Origin: Tubiluchus corallicola
Lineage: Eukaryota; Animalia; Priapulida
DNA: 32,644 nucleotides
Reading direction: 5' to 3'
NCBI GenBank assembly: GCA_030141605.1
Contig: JAQGDQ010001609.1
Coordinates: 1 to 32,644 of the forward strand
Below the pieces are notes generated by a model. It was not told the DNA's origin. It was given only the letters and a program-made list of their open reading frames with translations, and ran no database searches. The translations under genes and the position numbers were made by a program. This document shows positions 1-11,845 of this stretch, one piece after another. Position 1 is the first letter of the stretch; the number at the start of each line of letters is the position of its first letter.

Positions 1-697
1 ATGTTGATTTTGCCAATAGACATGTTGATTTTGCTAATGGACATGTTGATTTTACCAATGGACATGTTGATTTTGCCAATAGACATGTTGATTTTGCTAA
101 TGGACATGTTGATTTTGCCAATGGACATGTTGATTTTGCCAATAGACATGTTGATTTTGCCAATGGACATGTTGATTTTGCCAATGGACATGTTGATTTT
201 GCCAATAGACATGTTGATTTTGCCAATGGACATGTTGATTTTGCCAATGGACATGTTGATTTTGCCAATGGACATGTTGATTTTGCCAATGGACATGTTG
301 ATTTTGCCAATGGACATGTTGATTTTGCCAATGGACATGTTGATTTTGCCAATGGACATGTTGATTTTGCCAATGGACATGTTGATTTTGCCAATGGACA
401 TGTTGATTTTGCCAATGGACATGTTGATTTTGCCAATAGACATGTTGATTTTGCTAATGGACATGTTGATTTTGCCAATGGACATGTTGATTTTGCCAAT
501 GGACATGTTGATTTTGCCAATGGACATGTTGATTTTGCCAATGGACACGTGGATTTTGCCAATGGACATGTTGATTTTGCCAGTGAACATGTTGATTTTG
601 CCAATGGACATGTTGATTTTGCCAATGGACATGTTGATTTTGCCAATGGACATGTTGATTTCGCCAATGGACATGTTGATTTTGCCAATGGACATGT
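1..697. repeat. 21-bp minisatellite (ATGTTGATTTTGCCAATGGAC)n, about 33 copies, running off the left edge of the window; intronic
   Basis: Near-perfect 21-bp period seen directly. The ORFs at 1..711, 454..744 and 549..863 are translations of the repeat. Confidence 0.98.
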
Positions 698-1109
698 TCC
701 AAAAAATTTAGTTTATGTTCCAAAAAATTTAGTTTCCTCTTCATGTCTACACAAGAATGAAATTAAAATTTCTCCAACAATGTGTGGACCATTCATTTTT
801 GGGGTGTCATATTCATGTCTTAAAATGATTGAATTTGCACTAGCACGGATCAGTACCGTTTGAGTTTTGGTAAACTAAAACTGATCGTGGGGCGGTTTGT
901 TGGCAGATAAACCATTTTGTCACATTCGTGTCTCTTTTTTGTTCATATTTTGGTTTTGTACTTTTACGAAATGTTACCTCCAATCATTCAGCCTTCATTG
1001 TAGATCTGTGTAAAAGTCCAACTGGACCGGCTATGACGTGGGCAATGTTCCCTCCCGTCATTCAGCATTCATTGTAGATCTGTGTAAATGTTGTTGGTTT
1101 TTATTCTAG

Positions 1110-1238
1110 GTGACAAGTCCAACCGGACCGGCTATGACGTGGGCAATGTTCACGATTGGCTGGTTGGAGCTGGGTGATCATAAGAAAGCTGCGGAGCTGT
1201 TTCAGAAGAACTTTCAGTACATCATACCTCCGTTCAAG
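1110..1238 (+). CDS. PGGHG: Internal coding exon of protein-glucosylgalactosylhydroxylysine glucosidase / acid trehalase-like 1 (GH65)
   Basis: Acceptor ttttattctag|GTG and donor AAG|gtgagg; 129 nt, phase 0-0. Encodes VTSPTGPAMTWAMFTIGWLELGDHKKAAELFQKNFQYIIPPFK, matching the conserved GPAMTW..F.+GW.EL...PFK segment I recall from animal PGGHG/ATHL1. Confidence 0.93.
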
Positions 1239-1246
1239 GTGAGGTC

Positions 1247-3653
1247 GAGAGGCGTGGTTTGTACAGTCACTGTGGAGTAGTTCTGTAATGATACACTGAT
1301 GCATCATGATATGCGTATCATTGAGAGGTGTGGTTTGTACAGTCACTGTGGACTAGGTCTGTAATGATACACTGATGCATCATGGTATGCATATCATTGA
1401 GAGGCGTGGTTTGTACAGTCACTGTGGACTAGTTCTGTAATGATACACTGATGCATCATGATATGCGTATCGTTGAGAGGCATAGTTTGTGCAGTCACTG
1501 TGGAGTAGGTCTGTAATGATACACTGATGCATCATGATATGTGTATCGTTGAGAGGCGTGGTTTGTACAGTCACTGTGGTGGTCTGTAATGATACACTGA
1601 TGCATATGTATGCGTATCTTGAGAGTAGTTCTGTAATGATACACTGATGCATCATGATATGCGTATCATTGAGAGGCGTGGTTTGTACAGTCACTGTGGA
1701 CTAGGTCTGTAATGATACACTGATGCATCATGATATGCGTATCATTGAGAGGCGTGGTTTGTACAGTCACTGTGGACTAGGTCTGTAATGATACACTGAT
1801 GCATCATGATATGCGTATCGTTGAGAGGCATAGTTTGTACAGTCACTGTGGTCTTGGTCTGTAATGATACACTGATGCATTATGATATGCGTATCATTGA
1901 GGGGCATAGTTTGTGCAGTCACTGTGGAGTAGGTCTGTAATGATACACTGATCCATCATGATATGCGTATCTTTGAGAGGCATAGTTTGTACAGTCACTG
2001 TGGACTAGGTCTGTAATGATACACTGATGCATCATGGTATGCATATCGTTGAGAGGCGTAGTTTGTACAGTCACTGTGGACTAGGTCTGTAATGATACAC
2101 TGATGCATCATGATATGCGTATCTTTGAGAGGCATAGTTTGTACAGTCACTGTGGTCTTGGTCTGTAATGATACACTGATGCATTATGATATGCGTATCA
2201 TTGAGGGGCATAGTTTGTGCAGTCACTGTGGAGTAGGTCTGTAATGATACACTGATCCATCATGATATGCGTATCTTTGAGAGGCATAGTTTGTACAGTC
2301 ACTGTGGACTAGGTCTGTAATGATACACTGATGCATCATGGTATGCATATCGTTGAGAGGCGTAGTTTGTGCAGTCACTGTGGACTAGGTCTGTAATGAT
2401 ACACTGATACATCATGATATGCGTATCTTTGAGAGGCATAGTTTGTGCAGTCACTGTGGACTAGGTCTGTAATGATACACTGATGCATTATGATATGCGT
2501 ATCGTTGAGAGGCGTAGTTTGTACAGTCACTTTGGAGTAGGTCTGTAATGATACACTGATGCATCATGATATGCGTATCGTTGAGGGGAGTAGTTTGTGC
2601 AGTCACTGTGGACTAGGTCTGTAATGATACACTGATGCATCTTGGTATGTGTATCGTTGAGAGGCATAGTTTGTACAGTCACTGTGGACTAGGTCTGTAA
2701 TGTGATACACTGATGCATCATGATATGTGTATCGTTGAGAGGCGTAGTTTGTACAGTCACTTTGGAGTAGGTCTGTAATGATACACTGATGCATCATGGT
2801 ATGCGTATCGTTGAGAGGCATAGTTTGTACAGTCACTGTGGACTAGGTCTGTAATGTGATACACTGATGCATCATGATATGTGTATCGTTGAGAGGCGTA
2901 GTTTGTACAGTCACTTTGGAGTAGGTCTGTAATGATACACTGATGCATCATGATATGCGTATCGTTGAGAGGCATAGTTTGTACAGTCACTGTGGACTAG
3001 GTCTGTAATGATACACTGATGCATCATGGTATGCATATCGTTGAGAGGCATAGTTTGTACAGTCACTGTGGACTAGGTCTGTAATGATACACTGATGCAT
3101 CATGGTATGTGTATCGTCGAGGGGCATAGTTTGTACAGTCACTGTGGACTAGGTCTGTAATGATACACTGATGCATCATGGTATGCATATCGTTGAGAGG
3201 CGTAGTTTGTACAGTCACTGTGGACTAGGTCTGTAATGATACACTGATGCATCATGATATGCGTATCTTTGAGAGGCATAGTTTGTACAGTCACTGTGGT
3301 CTTGGTCTGTAATGATACACTGATGCATTATGATATGCGTATCATTGAGGGGCATAGTTTGTGCAGTCACTGTGGAGTAGGTCTGTAATGATACACTGAT
3401 CCATCATGATATGCGTATCTTTGAGAGGCATAGTTTGTACAGTCACTGTGGACTAGGTCTGTAATGATACACTGATGCATCATGGTATGCATATCGTTGA
3501 GAGGCATAGTTTGTACAGTCACTGTGGACTAGGTCTGTAATGATACACTGATGCATCATGGTATGTGTATCGTCGAGGGGCATAGTTTGTACAGTCACTG
3601 TGGACTAGGTCTGTAATGTGATACACTGATGCATCATGATATGCGTATCATTG
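1247..3653. repeat. 76-bp minisatellite, about 31 copies, starting just after the exon donor; intronic
   Basis: GTACAGTCAC recurs at 1261, 1337 and onward (period 76). Unit is approximately GAGAGGCATAGTTTGTACAGTCACTGTGGACTAGGTCTGTAATGATACACTGATGCATCATGATATGCGTATCGTT. Confidence 0.97.
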
Positions 3654-3769
3654 TAGTACAGACCCGTGTCCTGATAATCCGAGTCGATGGTATTTAGCAT
3701 ATCAGCACGCACTTGACTGTATGCTGATAAAAACGTTGTGAAGTAATTCAAGTTAACTGGTGAAACGTC

Positions 3770-3826
3770 ATTGTATCACCTTCCCAGTGTGCACCACTGT
3801 ATCGCCTTCCCAGTGTGCACCACTGA
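3770..3826. repeat. Short 26-bp tandem duplication (TGTATCRCCTTCCCAGTGTGCACCAC)x2
   Basis: Two adjacent near-identical copies seen directly. Confidence 0.8.
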
Positions 3827-4061
3827 TTCACCAAAACACATTATTCATCTTATTGACAATATAAAGTAATTTAAACTTTTGCTTGATTAGTGAAGATTGT
3901 GCTACAGATGCTGTCATTGTTTTTTCACATTTTAAACAATGTTACCTAAACTAGTTTCAGATGCCGTACCATCAAAACAGCTTCACCTAATGGTCACAGA
4001 AGTATTTTAAATTTTCAAAAATCGAGGTCTGTGCGCAATAAGACGTTCTTAATGTTTTTAG

Positions 4062-4213
4062 ATTTGGTCAGAATTAAAACGCCGAAAAGGGGCGGTCAAT
4101 TTTATAACCGGGATGGGAGGATTTCTCCAAGCACTTCTTTTTGGCTATGGAGGTGTGCGAATACGAGATGATCGTCTTGAGTTCAATCCTGTCTTACCAG
4201 CCAACACTACAGA
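4062..4213 (+). CDS. PGGHG: Internal coding exon of PGGHG/ATHL1-like GH65 glucosidase
   Basis: Acceptor gtttttag|ATT and donor AGA|gtaaga; 152 nt, phase 0-2. Encodes IWSELKRRKGAVNFITGMGGFLQALLFGYGGVRIRDDRLEFNPVLPANTT. The GAVNF(L/I)TGMGGFLQA..FG motif is characteristic of PGGHG/GH65, and the exon is in frame with 1110-1238. Confidence 0.95.
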
Positions 4214-5522
4214 GTAAGAGCGTGTTATTTTATGATCAATAATGTCTATGAATCAATTATGATCGTCTTGAGTTCAATCCTGTCTTACCAGCCAACACTA
4301 CAGAGTAAGAGCGTGTTATTTTATGATCAATAATGTCTATGAATCAGTTATGATCGTCTTGAGTTCAATCCTGTCTTACCAGCCAACACTACAGAGTAAG
4401 AGCGTGTTATTTTATGATCAATAATGTCTATGAATCAGTTATGATCGTCTTGAGTTCAATCCTGTCTTACCAGACAACACTACAGAGTAAGAGCGTGTTA
4501 TTTTATGATCAATAATGTCTATGAATCAGTTATGATCGTCTTGAGTTCAATCCTGTCTTACCAGCCAACACTACAGAGTAAGAGCGTGTTATTTTATGAT
4601 CAATAATGTCTATGAATCAGTTATGATCGTCTTGAGTTCAATCCTGTCTTACCAGACAACACTACAGAGTAAGAGCGTGTTATTTTATGATCAATAATGT
4701 CTATGAATCAATTATGATCGTCTTGAGTTCAATCCTGTCTTACCAGACAACACTACAGAGTAAGAGCGTGTTATTTTATGATCAATAATGTCTATGAATC
4801 AGTTATGATCGTCTTGAGTTCAATCCTGTCTTACCAGACAACACTACAGAGTAAGAGCGTGTTATTTTATGATCAATAATGTCTATGAATCAATTATGAT
4901 CGTCTTGAGTTCAATCCTGTCTTACCAGACAACACTACAGAGTAAGAGCGTGTTATTTTATGATCAATAATGTCTATGAATCAATTATGATCGTCTTGAG
5001 TTCAATCCTGTCTTACCAGACAACACTACAGAGTAAGAGCGTGTTATTTTATGATCAATAATGTCTATGAATCAATTATGATAGTCTTGAGTTCAATCCT
5101 GTCTTACCAGACAACACTACAGAGTAAGAGCGTGTTATTTTATGATCAATAATGTCTATGAATCAATTATGATCGTCTTGAGTTCAATCCTGTCTTACCA
5201 GACAACACTACAGAGTAAGAGCGTGTTATTTTATGATCAATAATGTCTATGAATCAATTATGATCGTCTTGAGTTCAATCCTGTCTTACCAGCCAACACT
5301 ACAGAGTAAGAGCGTGTTATTTTATGATCAATAATGTCTATGAATCAATTATGATCGTCTTGAGTTCAATCCTGTCTTACCAGACAACACTACAGAGTAA
5401 GAGCGTGTTATTTTATGATCAATAATGTCTATGAATCAATTATGATCGTCTTGAGTTCAATCCTGTCTTACCAGCCAACACTACAGAGTAAGAGCGTGTT
5501 ATTTTATGATCAATAATGTCTA
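4168..5522. repeat. 91-bp tandem array, about 15 copies, whose unit is the last ~45 nt of the exon plus the splice donor and the start of the intron
   Basis: GATCGTCTTGAG recurs at 4170, 4261, 4352 and onward. The first copy lies inside the exon and every copy retains ACAGA|GTAAGA. Confidence 0.97.
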
Positions 5523-6694
5523 CTTCCAGTTTCACATGATTAAAAGCCGGGAGCTGTTTGCCTGAGGCATATCCCATGTCCTACTTCCAGTTTCACATGA
5601 TTAAAAGCTGGGAGCTGTTTGCCTGAGGCATATCTCATGTCCTAGTTCCAGTTTCACATGATTAAAAGCTGGAAGCTGTTTGCCTGAGGCATATCCCATG
5701 TCCTAGTTCCATTTTCACATGATTAAAAGCTGGGAGCTGTTTGCCTGAGGCATATCTCATGTCCTAGTTCCAGTTTCACATGATTAAAAGCTGGGAGCTG
5801 TTTGCCTGAGGCATATCCCATGTCCTAGTTCCATTTTCACATGATTAAAAGCTGGGAGCTGTTTGCCTGAGGCATATCCCATGTCCTAGTTCCAGTTTCA
5901 CATGATTAAAAGCTGGGAGCTGCTTGCCTGAGGCATATCCCATATCCTACTTCCAGTTTCACATGATTAAAACTGGGAGCTGTTTGCCTGAGGCATATCC
6001 TATGTCCTAGTTCCAGTTTCACATGATTAAAAGCTGGGAGCTGTTTGCCTGAGGCATATCCCATATCCTACTTCCAGTTTCACATGATTAAAAGCTGGGA
6101 GCTGTTTACTTGAGGCATATCCTATGTCCTAGTTCCAGTTTCACATGATTAAAAGCTGGGAGCTGTTTGCCTGAGGCATATCCTATGTCCTAGTTCCAGT
6201 TTCACATGATTAAAAGCTGGGAGCTGTTTGCCTGAGACGTATCCCATGTCCTAGTTCCAATTTCACATGATTAAAAGCTGGGAGCTGTTTGCCTGAGACA
6301 TATCCCATGCCCTAGTTCCAGTTTCACATGATTAAAAGTTGGGAGTTGTTTGCCTGAGGCATATCCCATGTCCTACTTCCAGTTTCACATGATTAAAAGT
6401 TGGGAGCTGTTTGCCTGAGGCATATCCTATGCCCTAGTTCCAGCTTCACATGATTAAAAGCTGGGAGCTGTTTGCCTGAGGCATATCCCATGCCCTAGTT
6501 CCAGTTTCACATGATTAAAAGTTGGGAGCTGTTTGCCTGAGGCATATCCCATGTCCTACTTCCAGTTTCACATGATTAAAAGTTGGGAGCTGTTTGCCTG
6601 AGGCATATCCTATGCCCTAGTTCCAGCTTCACATGATTAAAAGCTGGGAGCTGTTTGCCTGAGGCATATCCCATGTCCTAATTTCAGTTTCACA
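5516..6694. repeat. 61-bp minisatellite, about 19 copies, directly abutting the 91-bp array; intronic
   Basis: TACTTCCAGTTTCACATGATTAAAAGCTGGGAGCTGTTTGCCTGAGGCATATCCCATGTCC recurs at 5521, 5582 and onward. Confidence 0.97.
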
Positions 6695-6958
6695 GCTACT
6701 CTAGTCTTCTAGCGACCATCATATTTTTGCTTACTATGTATGTTTGTTAGGAATATAGTTATTTACTTCACACTTTAAAAAACAATCCGTAATGCGTTGC
6801 AAAATATCTGTTTTGTTTTTTAAATTGAAAGCAGGATTGTTCGTTAATTCTTCTATGATTTGTGTTTTATTGTTAGGAATCAGAATATGACTGTTAGGCG
6901 CTGTACTTAGAAAATGTGTTTACTTTTCCTTTAACAATTTGTCAATTTTATTATCTAG

Positions 6959-7271
6959 GATGGTCATAACTCATCTTGATTACCTCGGAGCAGCTTTCAA
7001 TATTAGATGGAATAACGAGATTGTGGAGTTCATTATGACGTCCAACGTCGAAGTTGACCGACCGTTCTGGATTTATTTTTACAAAACTAAACAATTCCTT
7101 TCTCTTGAATTGAACAAAGGTCTTCAGTTCAGACACGGGCGTGTCGCCATCATGTGTACGGAGAAGTCGAAGGGAAGAAACGTCGTATCATCTTGTTCAA
7201 CATTGATGCTGGTCGGTGTGGCATTGATGATTTTAGACTGTCTGTCATGGTCTGCAACATTTCAGTATTAA
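6959..7271 (+). CDS. PGGHG: Terminal coding exon of the PGGHG/ATHL1-like gene (C-terminal beta domain plus hydrophobic tail)
   Basis: Acceptor ttttattatctag|G completes the phase-2 codon GA|G (Glu). Continues MVITHLDYLGAAFNIRWNNEIVEF...LSLELNKGLQFRHGRVAI... to TAA at 7271, in the frame of ORF 6939..7271. The ..YLG..+.+.+ pattern fits the GH65 C-terminal domain. Confidence 0.85.
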
Positions 7272-7494
7272 TGTACAGCATCTGACTGCTTCTTCAAAGA
7301 CGTGCTTGGAGCAAATTTGGCAGCAGCACATTCTAGTCATTTTACTTTTGTCATTTTTGCATATTATTATTTTATATACGACATTTATTATATTATATTT
7401 TATTTATTATTTTTTATGGTCATTTTTATGTTGCACAGTGAAGCCCCTCTATACCGCCATCTTTGGGCCTGCAGATAAAGTTGGCGTTAAGCGA

Positions 7495-9385
7495 GTTTGG
7501 CATTATAACAAGGTGCATTAATGCATAATGTCTCATTATAACGAGGTGCATTAGTGCATAATGTCTCATTATAACAAGGTGCAGTAATGCATAATGTCTC
7601 ATTATAACAAGGTGCATTAATGCATAACGTCTCATTATAACAAGGTGCATTAATACATAATGTCTCGTAAGTCACTATACCCTTGAGTTTGGACTTATAA
7701 CAAGGTGCATTAATACATAATGTCTCGTAAGTCACTATAACCTTGAGTTTGGCATTATAACAAGGTGCATTAATGCATAATGTCTCGTAAGTCACTATAA
7801 CCTTGAGTTTCTCATTACAACACGGTGCATTAATACATAATGTCTCGTAAGTCACTATAACCTTGAGTTTGGCATTATAACAAAGTGCGTTAATGCATAA
7901 TGTCTCATTATAACAAGGTGCATTAATGCATAATGTCTCATTATAACAAGGTGCATTAATGCATAATGTCTCATTATAACAAGGTGCATTAATACATAAT
8001 GTCTCGTAAGTCACTATACCCTTGAGTTTGGACTTATAACAAGGTGCATTAATACATAATGTCTCGTAAGTCACTATAACCTTGAGTTTGGCATTACAAC
8101 AAGGTGCATTAATACATAATGTCTCGTAAGTCACTATAACCTTGAGTTTGGCATTATAACAAGGTGCATTAATACATAATGTCTCGTAAGTCACTATAAC
8201 CTTGAGTTTCTCATTACAACACGGTGCATTAATACATATCTCGTAAGTCACTATACACTTGAGTTTGGCATTACAACAAGGTGCATTAATACATAATGTT
8301 TCATTAGTCACTATAACCTTGAGTTTGGCATTACAACAAGGTGCATTAATACATAATGTTTCATTAGTCACTATAACCTTGAGTTTGGCATTATAACAAG
8401 GTGCATTAATGCATAATGTCTCGTAAGTCACTATAACCTTGAGTTTGGCATTACAACAAGGTGCATTAATACATAATGTCTCAAAAGTCACTATAACCTT
8501 GAGTTTGGCATTATAACAAGGTGCATTAATGCATAATATCTCGTAAGTCACTATAACCTTGAGTTTGGCATTACAACAAGATGCATTAATACATAATGTC
8601 TCGTAAGTCACTATAACCTTGAGTTTGGCATTATAACAAGGTGCATTAATGCATAATATCTCGTAAGTCACTATACACTTGAGTTTGGCATTACAACAAG
8701 GTGCATTAATACATAATGTCTCGTAAGTCACTAAACACTTGAGTTTGGCATTATAACAAGGTGCATTAATGCATAATGTCTCGTAAGTCACTATAACCTT
8801 GAGTTTGGCATTACAACAAGGTGCATTAATACATAATGTCTCGTAAGTCACTATAACCTTGAGTTTGGCATTACAACAAGGTGCATTAATACATAATGTC
8901 TCGTAAGTCACTATAACCTTGAGTTTGGCATTATAACAAGGTGCATTAATGCATAATGTCTCGTAAGTCACTATAACCTTGAGTTTGGCATTACAACAAG
9001 GTGCATTAATGCATAATGTCTCGTAAGTCACTGTAACCTTGAGTTTGGCATTACAACAAGGTGCATTAATACATAATGTCTCGTAAGTCACTATAACCTT
9101 GAGTTTGGCATTACAACAAGGTGCATTAATACATAATGTCTCGTAAGTCACTATAACCTTGAGTTTGGCATTACAACAAGGTGCATTAATACATAATGTC
9201 TCGTAAGTCACTATAACCTTGAGTTTGGCATTACAACAAGGTGCATTAATACATAATGTCTCGTAAGTCACTATACACTTGAGTTTGGCATTACAACAAG
9301 GTGCATTAATACATAATGTCTCGTAAGTCACTAAACACTTGAGTTTGGCATTATAACAAGGTGCATTAATACATAATGTCTCGTA
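7495..9385. repeat. Compound minisatellite of a 33-bp unit and a 60-bp unit (33+27), downstream of the PGGHG stop
   Basis: The 33-mer CATTATAACAAGGTGCATTAATGCATAATGTCT occurs alone or extended by CGTAAGTCACTATAACCTTGAGTTTGG. The period is a regular 60 bp from about 8240 to 9385. Confidence 0.97.
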
Positions 9386-11749
9386 TGCCTCTATACTCTT
9401 TTCTTTTTGTACGGCAAAATGTTTGAAAATTGGTGCATATGAACTAATACTATAGGCAATTTTAGACAAGTGAAAATTAGACAAAAATCTTGAAAGAACT
9501 ACTGCACGTTTTCTATTTTCATTAACATTTTCGAGGTCTTGAGGAGTTTTAAAGAACAAGTCCATGGCAAGTTGGTCCTCTTGCATTCATAAAGTCTCTT
9601 GCAGTACGTGATTGGTGAGTAAGGGCTGCAGTTTGCGAAAAAATATGTACTGTTTAATGCGAGAGTACTGTACATTGTGGTTCCTGCGGTCTGGGCAACT
9701 CAGGATCTCCATACACCTTGCCGAGGCGTGCGCCCTGGAGACGTACAAGGATCGGACTCTTGGCGCACATTCCATTGTGTTCCGAGACAGAAAAATGCCA
9801 ACAACAACATTGTGTTGCATATGGTGCTCAGGATTTTCACTGAACATCAGTTTGTGACCTCATGCCAAACTTATTTTACATCTCAGTTCCAACATTACTG
9901 TCATCGCCATAGTAACTACTATCGTGTCTGAAAATTTCTATATAGCGCTAGTTTTTTTTGCTGTATTTTCTAAGTTTAAGTGACAACAGTAAAACAAAAC
10001 CAACATTCTGAGTAACTTTTCTTCATTCTGGTTACAATTTTTCTTCAGTTGACCATTTCGCATGGAATGTTAGTTATGATGTTTATTTGGGGTGCATAGT
10101 CTTTAGATAAAAAGTGAAATTATTTAAAACCAAAGTGTGAATATTTGCTGTAGGGTAACCATTGATGCACATGCATTTGAACTGACAATTAAAGAATTCT
10201 GTCGTGATTAGGTGTTACAATTGAAAAAAAGTGACAGATTTAGTAGATGGGGTTCGTTTCTTCATATTTTAATGGACAAGAAAAGAGGTACTTGAAGTAG
10301 GTTTCTGAAAAATCGCTTTTAAAATCATATGACTTTACAATAATTTTATGCATATATCGTACCTGCCTTAAAAGCAATTTTTGTTTGTTTTGATTCTAAA
10401 TCTCCCGCAGTACTGTTCCAACGGTGCCATTACATGACGTCACTTATGTAAACTTGAATCAGGGTAAGAAAGTGCAATGTTAACTTATGTTGCAAACAAC
10501 TTTCCATACAAATCTATACTACTTAGCATTTTGCTGACTTGCTGGAAAGATTTGATTTACAATGTTTGTACCAATTGGTAAAATGTCACTGACCCTGATT
10601 TAAAGTTTTACTTAGTAACATGAATGCTCTGATTATATTTCAAATTTTACACAATGTTATCTAAACTTGTTTCAAATGACTTACTAATAAAATGGTCATC
10701 GCGGGAGTTTAAATTTTCATGTTTTATATAATGTTACTGCCGACGCAAACCCTGTATGCGAAAGGCAGTACGTAAGTGGTATAAAATTTCAAGACGAATT
10801 TTTTAAGCTTAATGTAAGTGGAGGATTTTCTTGTGCTTTAAAGCAGTCGCAAAACTTGTCATGTAGCTGAAATCAGTTCAGTACATTTCAAGGAAACGAA
10901 TTAAGCTAAACTCTCTGCTCAGCTGTTGTGTTTTGTTTCTTTCGGAAGGCTCGTAGAGAAAACCAGAAAACACGTCGGTCACATTAAACTACAGTAGTTT
11001 GTTATGGGAGAATTCTACAAGACACAAGCATGAACAGGGCACTTTATTTATGACTTTAGTCATAAATTGCATAAATAGCTTATTTAATACTAATTTCAGA
11101 TTTTATTTATGACTATTTATGACGTGTCAAATTTTGACCAAAAATGCCATCCTGAGCTAAAAGAAATACATATTTTAATCAGAATCTTGTATTTTGCCTT
11201 TCTTCGTTCTTCATTACATTAAAATGTAATAAAAATGTCTACTTTCATCATTCCAAGGCCTGAAGTTTCTCGTATTGTTTTGCATGCAGGCATCCCTCCA
11301 GACTGAAATCCGTGATCGTGTTTATAATAATTATAGTATCGGTTTTAATTTGTTTAGGATGACCTATAAAATTACTGCTCATAAAAATCAATCTATTAAT
11401 TAATTCGTACAGTCACAATTCGTAGCCACAATTAGTACAAGTAAATAATGTATTTTTTTAAATATCGATTTTAAATTTAATGTTGGAAAATACTATTGGC
11501 TATTACATCTTTCTAGGGAACCGTCACGTATGTTTTCTAATTAAAATTACATTAAGCAAAATAACTAAACAAGAAAAACAGTTAAATTTTAATGACAATG
11601 AAGCAACAAATTCTCCCAAAGATAAAATATGCTCAAATTCTAGCAGACGGCATTATTCTTATTTCTTGAGGATGAGGCAGTAAGGCACGGGAAACGCTTG
11701 CGGCAAACTCGAGCTAAAACCTACACCCAAGCCATTGACTTACGCCGCT

Positions 11750-11845
11750 TAGGGGTAAGCATCGAAGTTCGGTTCGATTCGAATTCGAAAGTCACAAATT
11801 CGGTTCGATTCGAATTCGCTTTCTGGTAGAGAATGCTCACCCCTA
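11750..11845. mobile_element. 96-bp hAT-type MITE nested in the 1315-bp element
   Basis: TIRs TAGGGGTAAGCAT / ATGCTCACCCCTA. Perfect TSD ACGCCGCT at 11742-11749 and 11846-11853. Internal direct repeat TTCGGTTCGATTCGAATTCG x2. Confidence 0.9.

Noticed and set aside
1-863. ORFs of 236, 96 and 104 aa (MLILPMD / HVHWQNQ / GHVDFAN repeats) as repeat proteins
   Set aside because: They are the expected stop-free translations of a 21-bp unit in several frames and lie upstream of an internal PGGHG exon, i.e. in an intron.
1101-2990. Minus-strand ORFs MTVQTTPLNDTH...
   Set aside because: They are translations of the 76-bp intronic array, and the unit length is not a multiple of 3.
1-9385. Regularly spaced repeats as a CRISPR-like array
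   Set aside because: The units are head-to-tail with no unique spacers, no cas genes are present, and the context is a spliced eukaryotic gene.
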